NCBI GenBank assembly: GCA_963666285.1
Contig: OY762711.1
Direction: 5' to 3' (one strand)
Source of the DNA: Sedimentisphaerales bacterium
GTDB lineage: Bacteria > Planctomycetota > Phycisphaerae > Sedimentisphaerales > SM23-30
Length of the DNA: 64,000 nt
Below the pieces are notes generated by a model that saw nothing but the letters and a program-made list of their open reading frames with translations, was not told where the DNA came from and did no database searches. A program made the translations under genes and the position numbers. Shown here piece after piece: positions 21,601 to 29,735 of the stretch; the stretch's first letter is position 1, and every line of letters begins with the position of its first letter.

Positions 21601-22353
21601 GGCTATAGCGACGACAGCCAGCTGGAAATATCGCCCAGCGCCGAGCGTATCGAGCAGCTGGACTCTAACAGCTTCAAGTTGTTTATCAACTGGCGGATCG
21701 ACCGGCCCGGCCCCAAAGATGCCAGGGTATTCCTGCACTTTACCGACCGTTCCAGCAACCATAAGGAAGACATTGTCTTCCAGGGCGACTTCTCACCTTC
21801 GGTCCCGATAGCTAATTGGTCCGGCTCAGTTACTACCGGCGCAAACCGTATCATCCATATCCCGGCTGATATCCAGCCCGGCGAATACAACGTTCTCGTT
21901 GGCATGTGGAGCCCCAAAGAAGGACGACGGTTCAGGCTCAGAGGTGAAAATACCGGCGGCAACAGATACCTCATCGCCACACTGACCGTCGAAAAAAATG
22001 ATAATGATATCGCCACCCTGAAACTCAAACCGCACCGGCTGCAGCTCCAAAAGCCGTGGGGCAATATCGCCCGCACCCCGGTCAATTTCGGCCGGGCAGC
22101 AACTTCCGGCGCGTTCCGTTGCGAACTCAACGGCGATAAACTCCGTATCATCCCGCTGCCCGATCTCGACCCGTTCGAGATCACGCTCGATCTGCCGGCT
22201 GTCTTCCGCAAAACCGCCGTTCCGGTTTCCTTAACCGCTGTCACGCCCGACGGCAAATCCATTGGCACTGTTAACTACACAATTACCAATAACCGCCTGA
22301 CCTTCCAGGCCAAACCTGGAACCTTCGCCTACGAACTAAACTTTAAACCATAA
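18694..22353 (+). CDS. Large secreted multidomain putative glycoside hydrolase (DUF5696/GH129-like barrel plus beta-sandwich modules)
   Basis: Signal peptide; GYDYRLPD, GLHDNYIDFYPDA, YFIDVFTS; NPCBM-like segment SDGVTF...VDLSQYAG. Confidence 0.6.
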   Translation: MTRKIISMFVVLIAVISTVSAFNGHNVTEGPLTIEIAPVPDIQKYNEPVTITVCLANSSGDSLEVNLLLNGLVDETIALGRTRKTITIPANGKTDCDFSIAFGTGAFSALYPVHIFADFNAEGSDHHAHAVRIVQTDFINQDSPAVEQTLSPVIVSDNGSVNLLSSSSRRVIWQYIDGPQNIMPVNWSGSDQTSGTFAAVENVFRGEFKPALTVHPPWRTRPGTAFIEFRVKLPDTRPLTLTFANAIRDSHEPEPSSDGVTFCVWADSDKIFDRHTDSKSWLPAVVDLSQYAGHEISLKLESHPGPKNDTTCDSSYWAQPMIISGSLPVIKSAQQWQQQRQLAAELIAGKTHQAPNEMSFPLADNYHAAVVLGPNGLLDASIAIGTTDKFVIFDGLDLAILKQQIGKSFSGIKLLKFNLSRLPDNTVQVDHLLSINGKSATLTVSLSPAQTGLKISCECSERITDFALGSADQIADRIYYGHGYCIEKPKPFRAGFGGHNLSTSYVGFDFASGISLVTASDNPPDCLVVNPAAKTYALHTHMNAALTLVPGIGGAFDAALRYRPLYDKKPASAFNRKAGRFVFDIWGGRYADNARAMQKLIDYGLTDSMLTLHVWQWWGYDYRLPDIYPPNPDLGSLADLQALSELCRSHNIPWGLHDNYIDFYPDADDYSYDHIAFTESGQPVKAWINEGRDAQSYRWRPDRIMPFVKRNLDLIKPNLRPDHYFIDVFTSIDCFDFYDRSGAFHSFLETRKCWGEAFSWIRDYLGGSAIMTSEAGDDLLVGYIEGSDCQFLSLSDSPRNFSIHLPCENWERVPWYDVVLHDRFSLHGVGYSGRYQGGRDRQDHGIQSDDYISAELLTGHALMTDIEAFGRDAIRKYYLAQDFIRSIAADTIKSVEFIDDDIHHQKITWNSNAVVYVNRSDKPWHIAGKTLPTFGYYAQSGPIRSSIETIDNIVVEQSSTAGHFYVNARGYSDDSQLEISPSAERIEQLDSNSFKLFINWRIDRPGPKDARVFLHFTDRSSNHKEDIVFQGDFSPSVPIANWSGSVTTGANRIIHIPADIQPGEYNVLVGMWSPKEGRRFRLRGENTGGNRYLIATLTVEKNDNDIATLKLKPHRLQLQKPWGNIARTPVNFGRAATSGAFRCELNGDKLRIIPLPDLDPFEITLDLPAVFRKTAVPVSLTAVTPDGKSIGTVNYTITNNRLTFQAKPGTFAYELNFKP

Positions 22354-22912
22354 ATATACTTTGCCTTTGCTATTTAAATTTACAATTTACCCTTTTAATC
22401 TCAGCCCCGTAATATAAGGTACAAAAATTCTTCTTCATGCCCTTTACTATCTTCATGGTAAAAGAGATCTTATCTGTGCCAGTCCGTAACCGTCCGTGTT
22501 TGTCCTTTAATCAAAATCTTGAGTGCATAAAATAACGTCCTTGTGATATGGAAGAGTAGATAGTATCCAAACTGTTATTGTTGCTTTGTAGTAAAAAAAG
22601 ATGAGGAATATGCTTGATTGACTGGTTGCAGAGAGGTAGAATAAGAGAAACTGAAAGATTGAATGCAGATTACTATTTTGTGGAGCAAAGGGAATCGGAT
22701 GTGTCTCTTGGTTTTAGCGATTTTTGTCTCATTTTTGCTGACGATATACATTAGCACTTACAAATAACTAAATGTGACCTATGGAATTGCTTATGATGTG
22801 ATAGTTTAAGATTTTGGTTGCTGACAAGGAATTTGAAATCGTGCATATTGGGCTATTTTCAATGTTTTATATTATGCACGTCAGCAGGAAAAAGAAAAAC
22901 TAGCCGCTCAAA

Positions 22913-24274
22913 ATGAATTTTCAGAGTGTGACTAAAATATTTATAGGAAATGTTATGAGGAAGATTTGTCTCAAAAGTATTTTTTGTCTGGTTTCGATAA
23001 TCATGACGACTTCGTTAATTGCTGGCGTACAGGAGGGCATAGCTGCTATCAACGCTGGAGATTATGATGCTGCTTACGCCGAGTTCAGCAAACTTGCAGA
23101 AAACGGTGATTCTAAAGCAATGGTTACAATAGGAACCTGGTATCTAAATGGACAGGGTTTTGAGCAGGATTATTCAAAGGCGATGGTATGGTATTTAAAG
23201 GCATTTGCCGAGAATAACCCAGACTCAATGAATAATATTGGTGTAATGTATCGTGATGGACTGGGGGTTACTCAGGATTTGGAAATTGCCTATGCCCTTT
23301 TTCATCTGACGATAAAAAATACCGATAGTGATGACATTCTGGCTAGAGTTGATCGGAATCTTAATACATTAGATAATATTATTACAAAGGACCAGATAAA
23401 TCGTGCTGAGGTATTATTGAAAGATGGTCTAACAGCTAAGAAATTAAAAGAACATAAAACTGAAAAGTCTGCTGCACGTCAACAGATAAATTTATTACCA
23501 AAGGATATTTTTGATACAATTCCAGATACTTATAAATTAACCAATAATAATGCTCGATCAAAAGTTAATATCGTTTCTGTTTATAACGATTCTTATGAAG
23601 AGATGCCGGGGTTTGTCGGCTTTTCTGGAGAAGCTGTTGAGGATACGAACGGGATAATTATTGATAGTCAGTATATTTGTAAAGACGGTCGCTTTTCTGT
23701 TATAGTGCCGAAGTTGTCTTTTGGTAACATTGTGATACGACAAACGGTATTCAGAGGGGGCGTAGACCATCAGGTTCGTTTTTTTGAAGAAGGCTCAGAC
23801 CCTACGATACCTTGGATAGTTAACAAAAACTATGGCCATGCAGCAGTTAGTACTACAAAACTGCCGAAAGAATGGGAAAATAAAGAAAAGGATGTTTTAA
23901 AGATTATTCAGGAAATGCAGCTTGGATTTGTAATGTCCCTGCCGGAAGATTATTATCGCTGTACATTAATCAGCGGGCAATCGGGCGATGTATTTCAGAC
24001 GGTCGTTCTAAATAGAATTCCTAGTATGATGTACCCTCAGACAGATGTAAAAATATGTCCTCCTCGTGAAGGGTTGAAAACGCTCGGCATAAACAGGTTA
24101 TTCTTTAAGGATTGTGTACTTGTCGAGTTGGCTTTAATTCTTTCCCGACCGGATGATATGCCTGAGGGTGAATTCATAAATGATTGTGTGAACCAAATGG
24201 ATGCCTTTATGAGCGGATTTGAACTTTTAAAGGAGTTGCAGGCAAAACAGTCAACTCATCAAACTGAATATTAA
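22913..24274 (+). CDS. Secreted Sel1-repeat protein
   Basis: AMVTIGTWYLNGQGFEQDYSKAMVWY, NIGVMYRDGLGVTQD. Confidence 0.75.
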   Translation: MNFQSVTKIFIGNVMRKICLKSIFCLVSIIMTTSLIAGVQEGIAAINAGDYDAAYAEFSKLAENGDSKAMVTIGTWYLNGQGFEQDYSKAMVWYLKAFAENNPDSMNNIGVMYRDGLGVTQDLEIAYALFHLTIKNTDSDDILARVDRNLNTLDNIITKDQINRAEVLLKDGLTAKKLKEHKTEKSAARQQINLLPKDIFDTIPDTYKLTNNNARSKVNIVSVYNDSYEEMPGFVGFSGEAVEDTNGIIIDSQYICKDGRFSVIVPKLSFGNIVIRQTVFRGGVDHQVRFFEEGSDPTIPWIVNKNYGHAAVSTTKLPKEWENKEKDVLKIIQEMQLGFVMSLPEDYYRCTLISGQSGDVFQTVVLNRIPSMMYPQTDVKICPPREGLKTLGINRLFFKDCVLVELALILSRPDDMPEGEFINDCVNQMDAFMSGFELLKELQAKQSTHQTEY

Positions 24275-24354
24275 TGGGTATCTGGAAATTAGTTCATCCG
24301 CATTCATCATTGGCTCTGTTTCTCAGCATTTCCATTTCTTCTTCATGCGCTTCA

Positions 24355-24552
24355 GTTTACTTTCGCACTCTTCAAGTTGCAATAAACGCCTAAAAGGGCC
24401 TTCCTGCAACGCTTTAAATTTGCAAGCATTCACAGGTGCGTTATTTGTGTCAGATTCTGTAGCTTATTTCTTTTTACTTATATCTTATTATTGTAACTGT
24501 GTGAACGGTTGCTTAAATTTAAACAAAACGTGAGACGATAGTCGAACACCTT
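24355..24552. repeat. Dispersed intergenic element, copy 3 (with an internal insert of about 90 bp)
   Basis: Same conserved blocks as 12236-12345; followed by a (CTTAC..)n heptamer tract to 24600. Confidence 0.8.
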
Positions 24553-24622
24553 ACTTCTTACCTCTTACCTTTTACTTTTTACCTCTTACTTCTTACCTGT
24601 ATCCTCTCTCTTCTCGCTCTGC

Positions 24623-25591
24623 TTACTGCTTGCTCCATATACGCCGGTTAAGGTTCAGCTCTTCGATAATACTCACTGCCAGCATAAGATCATCATAATA
24701 CTTCTCGATCGGCTTGAAACTCAGCAGTGTCTTATACAGGTTCGGCTCAAATATCTCTTCGTCCATTGTTATCGCGACAAAAACAAAGGATGCCGTAAAA
24801 CTCAGCCCGATCTCTTTTCCCGTCTTATACTTATAATTCTTTATCCGCTGCATCAGTGCCGGGCTAAGAATATACCTCGCCTCGATCTGGTCGGTACTAT
24901 AAACCACAAACACACTGTCAAACTCCGGGTCCTCCAGCTTCACCCGCTCCGCCGACGAATCTGCATCTCTCAGAAACTTCAACGGCTTTTTAAAATAATG
25001 GAAACCCGTATTCGGTATCACCAGCGTATAACCGTCGAAGTCCTTATTGAAATCCCCCATGAAATAGATTCCCTTGAATATCGTTCCGATCGGCTTTTCA
25101 TCATCATCTTCATCTCTTGTGCCGACATATTCGGTACACAACTCCGAAAACATAAACTTAGTCTTACCGACCTGCCCTTTTACCAGGTCCTTGCCCCGAT
25201 ATCGGTTATGAACCTCCGGAAACAGCCTGCTTATATTATACAGCGGACTTTCTATATGCTTTTTAGGATAATATTCAAGCTCCGGATCGACAAACTTTAT
25301 TATCCGCTCGATGATATCATCCTTAAAGAATGTGCGGTACGACCCGGCATAATATTTACGCAGCAGAACATAAACACTGCTTATCGCCATTATCGGCAAT
25401 ATCGCACAAAACTTGAACACACCCGTACCAAAAACGCCGATTGCGATAGCTCCTGCTATCGCTGTAACTGTCAGCATCAGGGCATACTTATGCATCTGGC
25501 CCAAAATCGACACCCGGGCATTCTCATACCGTTTCAGGATACCGGCCAGCTCTTTCTCGTAATACTCTTTCAGTTGCTCTTTATTTTTCAC
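24623..25591 (-). CDS. DUF3137-like membrane protein
   Basis: Two N-terminal TMs; VKLEDPEFDSVFVVYSTDQIEARYILSPALM; ELNLNRRIWSK. Confidence 0.8.
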   Translation of the reverse strand: MKNKEQLKEYYEKELAGILKRYENARVSILGQMHKYALMLTVTAIAGAIAIGVFGTGVFKFCAILPIMAISSVYVLLRKYYAGSYRTFFKDDIIERIIKFVDPELEYYPKKHIESPLYNISRLFPEVHNRYRGKDLVKGQVGKTKFMFSELCTEYVGTRDEDDDEKPIGTIFKGIYFMGDFNKDFDGYTLVIPNTGFHYFKKPLKFLRDADSSAERVKLEDPEFDSVFVVYSTDQIEARYILSPALMQRIKNYKYKTGKEIGLSFTASFVFVAITMDEEIFEPNLYKTLLSFKPIEKYYDDLMLAVSIIEELNLNRRIWSKQ

Positions 25592-25898
25592 TTCGACCGC
25601 CTGTCATATCTGCTATTACCAAAACCGTCCCAAAACTAAGGACACCTTCTCCCAGCCATTATACCGCAACTTCTCTCCATGCCATACACCTTTTTTCCAT
25701 CCTCTTTGAGGCCAGGTATACAACAAATATACATCTTGTATAATAGGCAGGGTTGGCACAGTCACCACACAACCATTACTATTTCAAAACCGCCAATTCT
25801 CGCGTCAGCTTTAAATTTAATCGTCCGCAAATGCGGAAACCTTCTATCCATTTCATATTTTTTTCGTGAATTTTTGTGTATTTCTATGAAGCCAGAAT

Positions 25899-26282
25899 GC
25901 AACATTAATTTTCTAATTTTATTCATTTTTGCTATAATTCCTTTATCTTGCAAAGGATAGGGCTCTGCTGAGGAGCAACCCGAGCGTTGCAAGTTGTCGA
26001 GAAGCCGGGGCGGTTTTACACCGCCTCGTTTTTTGCTTTTTGACCTTATGCGATAAACCTATTTAAAACAATTTTCGCGTAGCGAATCATTATTTACCTG
26101 ATTGTTTCATCTTTCTATCCGGAGTGTCCGAGGCTGTATTTTACGCCATGGTTCCATTATATATATTGCGATACGGCTTAATTTTCGTGTCAGGTTCAAA
26201 ACCCAAATGCACGACCAAGGTTCCGTATCGATTTCAATCGGGCAAAATCATAGGTAATATTTATATTTTACTTATATTGGTA
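25899..26282 (-). ncRNA. Putative bridge/seekRNA region of IS110 element A (boundaries approximate)
   Basis: Stem 26169-26176/26223-26230 encloses two arms matching the insertion-site flanks, around an inner hairpin at 26193-26203. Confidence 0.65.
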
Positions 26283-27329
26283 TCAAACACTTTGCAATTC
26301 AGGCATCTGCCAACTTGTCCCATCTCGCATCATCGCCCACAATCGTACGAACAACCGTCGGGCTGTAGCTACTATCGCTATTTTTGCACGAGTTTTACTT
26401 CCCCTCTTTATTCTTTCGTATGTTTCTTTTATCCATGGATTCCAACGCAAACCCAGCCAGCAAACCTCAACAAGTAATGCTCGCAATAACCTATTGCCAT
26501 ATTTACTTATCCGCCCATGACGGTCTGTATTACCTGATTGGTACTGACGCGGTGTCATACCAATATAGCTGCCAACTTGTTTGCAATTCTTAAATCTATG
26601 TGGATCATCAATATAAGCTGCAACTGCCTCTGCCAGACGTGGGCCAACTCCGGGAACAGTCTGTAATAGTTTTACCTTTTCATCAGTACTATTTAACTCT
26701 TCCAGTTTATCTTCAACTACTTGCAAAGCGTCTGTTAATTGTTCCAGTAATATAAGCTCGCTCCATAGATTGCCTTTCCAGAGCTCATCTGGTTTAACTT
26801 TATCCATTGGCATAGCCATACTTCTTAACTGTTCCAGATTCTGCTTAGACCAGCACTTTCTGCCTGACGGCAACGAATACGCCTGGGCATTTAATAAAGA
26901 ACGAATAGTATTTTTTACCTGAGTTATCCGTTCTGTAAGGCTCTGGCGATAATTAATTAAAGATCGTTTCTCTCGAATTTCCTTTTTAGGAACATAGACA
27001 GTTGATAAATCTCCTAAAGCAGCACGCTTGGCCAGCCAAAATGCATCCTTTTTATCTGTTTTCTTCTTCAATTTTCTGCCAGACCATTCGCCGGTATTAG
27101 TATTTGCCACTTCATATTTTAATTCCAGGGTGTCAAAAAGGTCACAAATCCAGCCTATGATATCACAAGCCTCAAATACAATAAGATCAGCAGGGTGAGA
27201 TACTGCCAGGTCATGAAGCTCTTGAGGGTTAGTCTTAAACGACTTATATATAGCCTTACAGCTTTTTACCTCATAAAAACAAACTACACTCTTGAATTTT
27301 CCTAAATCAATTGACATAATAGTCTTCAT
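26283..27329 (-). CDS. IS110-family DEDD transposase/recombinase
   Basis: SIDLGK, VFEAC, KTDKKDA, LQTVPGVG, GMTPRQYQSG, GRISKYGN, AIVATARRL. Confidence 0.95.
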   Translation of the reverse strand: MKTIMSIDLGKFKSVVCFYEVKSCKAIYKSFKTNPQELHDLAVSHPADLIVFEACDIIGWICDLFDTLELKYEVANTNTGEWSGRKLKKKTDKKDAFWLAKRAALGDLSTVYVPKKEIREKRSLINYRQSLTERITQVKNTIRSLLNAQAYSLPSGRKCWSKQNLEQLRSMAMPMDKVKPDELWKGNLWSELILLEQLTDALQVVEDKLEELNSTDEKVKLLQTVPGVGPRLAEAVAAYIDDPHRFKNCKQVGSYIGMTPRQYQSGNTDRHGRISKYGNRLLRALLVEVCWLGLRWNPWIKETYERIKRGSKTRAKIAIVATARRLFVRLWAMMRDGTSWQMPELQSV

Positions 27330-27537
27330 AGCCAGAATACTCCGTATAAAATTGGTTAAATATTTGAGCGTCCCTGTGACAGCTCGTGCTAAAATTATTG
27401 TGTATTATAACACAAGCCATGCTACAGGAATATTCTGGCTTTCATTGTATTTTCGTGGTTCTAAAAAAATATTAAAGTACAAGCGTTCTTATCGAGCTAT
27501 AGCTTTAGCGAAGCCTGAAATGAGTATCCTCTTTATT

Positions 27538-28000
27538 CTTTGCGATCTTTGCGGCCTTTGCGAGAGACAAATCCTATCAAAACCACTCTGCTTAATATCA
27601 TTCCAATCTCCAACCAAACCAGCATCGTTAAGGACATAGTAGTTCAGGCATCCCTGCCTGACAATAAACCAGCCGTCACGCAAGCGACTCCTAATTCCTG
27701 GGAACGCCGAGCACCAGCTCGGCATATTCGGCGCCAGCCGATTTAAACTTGGTCACACACCTGTCCTGAGCGAGCGATGCGAGTCGAATAACAGCAATAC
27801 CATCTTTTCTCAGATCTCAGACTTTATTTGTCCTATCTGTCCTATATGTCACATGCGTCATATATGTCCTATTTCCTTTTTCCGTCTCTTCAGTTATTTC
27901 AGTAGTAAAGCATTTTCCCGCCCGCACCAGCTTTAAAAAAAGTTGTAAGCCGTTAGGCGAACACCTTAATTTTTCATTTTTCACTATTCATTTTTCATTT
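27538..28000. repeat. Cluster of REP-like palindromes and 7/9-mer tracts between the two IS110 elements
   Basis: (CTTTGCGNN)x3 at 27538; TCAGGCA..TGCCTGA; GCCGAGC..GCTCGGC; (TGTCCTAT.)n at about 27829; (TTTTCA.)n at about 27970. Confidence 0.6.
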
Positions 28001-28118
28001 AACGAAGCCTCTCTTCTCCCTCCTCGCTTCTAACTCTCTTCATTCGTGAAAATATGAAGAAAAGGCATCCTAAGGTATAATATATACCAAAACAAACTTT
28101 TATACGAAAGGATGCCTC

Positions 28119-29150
28119 ATGAACAACATACATTATATTGGAACAGATTTGCATAGCAACAATATTGAGCTGGCAATTCGTTACAGGCAGAAGGTAATCC
28201 AGAGATATTCTCTGCCGACATCGTTGCCTCCTGTTTTGGAGGTTATAAGCTCCATCAAAGGCAAAAAACAGATGGCAGTAGAGGAAGGCCCCATGGCAGG
28301 CTGGCTTTATCGCGGCGTATTTGGCAAAGTTGACAGGTTTGTAATCGCAGAACCTCGCCGTAACAAGCTGATAAGCTCAGAAGGCGATCATGATGATGAA
28401 ATTGATTCTGCAAAACTTGCAATGCTGCTGGAAGGAGGCCTTTTGAAGGAAGTTTATCATCCTCTAAATAGAGAGCAAGCGGTATTTAAAAAGTGGGTAA
28501 CTCTTTACCATGACAATGTTAAGGATGCAGTAAGAAGTATTAACAAAATCAGAGCCTGTTGTCGTATGGAAGCCATAAGAATACCCAGATATGTAATAAA
28601 AAACCCTGACAAACGTGACAAATGGCTTTCGGAGCTTGAATATACAGACATTGCCGAGCAATTAATGTTGCTGCTTATCGGCTACGATGCAGCTTCCTGC
28701 CAGTGTAGACTTGCCAGGCAAAAAATCATGACTCTAAGTAAATCTTATCCGGTAATTAAGCAATTTCAGGAGCTGCCCGGAGTTGGCATAATACGAGCAG
28801 TAACCTTCCTGGCATATATCGATACGCCATGGAGGTTTAAGAAAAAAAGTCAATTATGGAAATATTGCGGCATTGGACTTGAACGTACAACCAGCGGCAA
28901 AGACAAATATGGCAACTCAAAACCGGCAAAACTTAAATTGCCTTACAACTGTAATCGCACTCTTAAAAATGTAATAATTGGTGCCGCTTTAAGTGCTATC
29001 AGGCAAAAGAATAGTACATATGCCCAGGATTATGAAAGGATGATCTCAAATGGTGTAAATAGATCAAATGCTCGCCATACCGTTGCCAGGAAAATACTGA
29101 CAACTATGTGGGGGATTTGGAAAAGCAGCTTTCAGTATAATACGGATTAA
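28119..29150 (+). CDS. IS110-family DEDD transposase/recombinase
   Basis: YIGTDLH, AVEEG, HDDEIDS, ELPGVG, KYCGIGLERTTSG, HTVARKI. Confidence 0.92.
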   Translation: MNNIHYIGTDLHSNNIELAIRYRQKVIQRYSLPTSLPPVLEVISSIKGKKQMAVEEGPMAGWLYRGVFGKVDRFVIAEPRRNKLISSEGDHDDEIDSAKLAMLLEGGLLKEVYHPLNREQAVFKKWVTLYHDNVKDAVRSINKIRACCRMEAIRIPRYVIKNPDKRDKWLSELEYTDIAEQLMLLLIGYDAASCQCRLARQKIMTLSKSYPVIKQFQELPGVGIIRAVTFLAYIDTPWRFKKKSQLWKYCGIGLERTTSGKDKYGNSKPAKLKLPYNCNRTLKNVIIGAALSAIRQKNSTYAQDYERMISNGVNRSNARHTVARKILTTMWGIWKSSFQYNTD

Positions 29151-29540
29151 GATATCGTAATTTATACTCTTTCAAAATATTATGATTTTCTAATAGTCTT
29201 TTTGCATAACAGCAAAGAGTTCCGTTTCAACCACTGGACAGGCAAGAACTTGAACCCGATTCGTGAATGAACCTTTGCTTTTAGACGTGCCTCTTTTCTT
29301 TTTATGAACTGCCCAAAGGGCATGTTCCCAATAGATGGTTGGCAGCATAATTTAATTTACGGCTATACACAATTTTATAAAAGAATTGACCGAACAGAAA
29401 ATTGTAGTTATTGAAAAAATCGCAAAATTACAAAAAAGATATCTATGACATGTACCTGCTGATGCAATAACTTACAACAAACGTATGGATGCCCTCAAAG
29501 TAATTCATTCGAATTAGAAATTTTTTAACTTGACTTTGAG
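29151..29540 (+). ncRNA. Putative bridge/seekRNA region of IS110 element B (boundaries approximate)
   Basis: Target-like loop 29211-29279 and donor-like loop 29288-29344, with arms matching the target and the element end. Confidence 0.7.
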
Positions 29541-29735
29541 TTCTTCATAGATGGTTTAGCTCTTAGCCCGCCCGCGCGATTCTAAACAATCTCGGCAAAG
29601 CCGGATTAATTATTACTAGTCCCGCCATGAACGACAACATACAGCTGCTGCCAGCAAGCCCGTGGAACAAAAGCCACCCAAAACATCTCAAGCCCTGTCA
29701 AGGGCGACAGAAACTATACTTCATAATGATTTTTC

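Larger units (their letters stand above)
25884..27452 (-). mobile_element. IS110-family (IS1111-type) element A
   Basis: Subterminal IRs ATGAAGCCAGAAT (25886-25898) and ATTCTGGCTTTCAT (27432-27445); TGTATTT at both junctions; long non-coding region 3' of the transposase. Confidence 0.85.
28049..29553 (+). mobile_element. IS110-family (IS1111-type) element B
   Basis: Subterminal IRs TATGAAGAA (28053-28061) and TTCTTCATA (29541-29549); TG core at 28047-28048 and 29552-29553; about 400-bp 3' non-coding region. Confidence 0.85.

Noticed and set aside
25877..27452. 7-bp TGTATTT as a target-site duplication
   Set aside because: IS110-family elements do not make target duplications; better read as core/donor-target homology.
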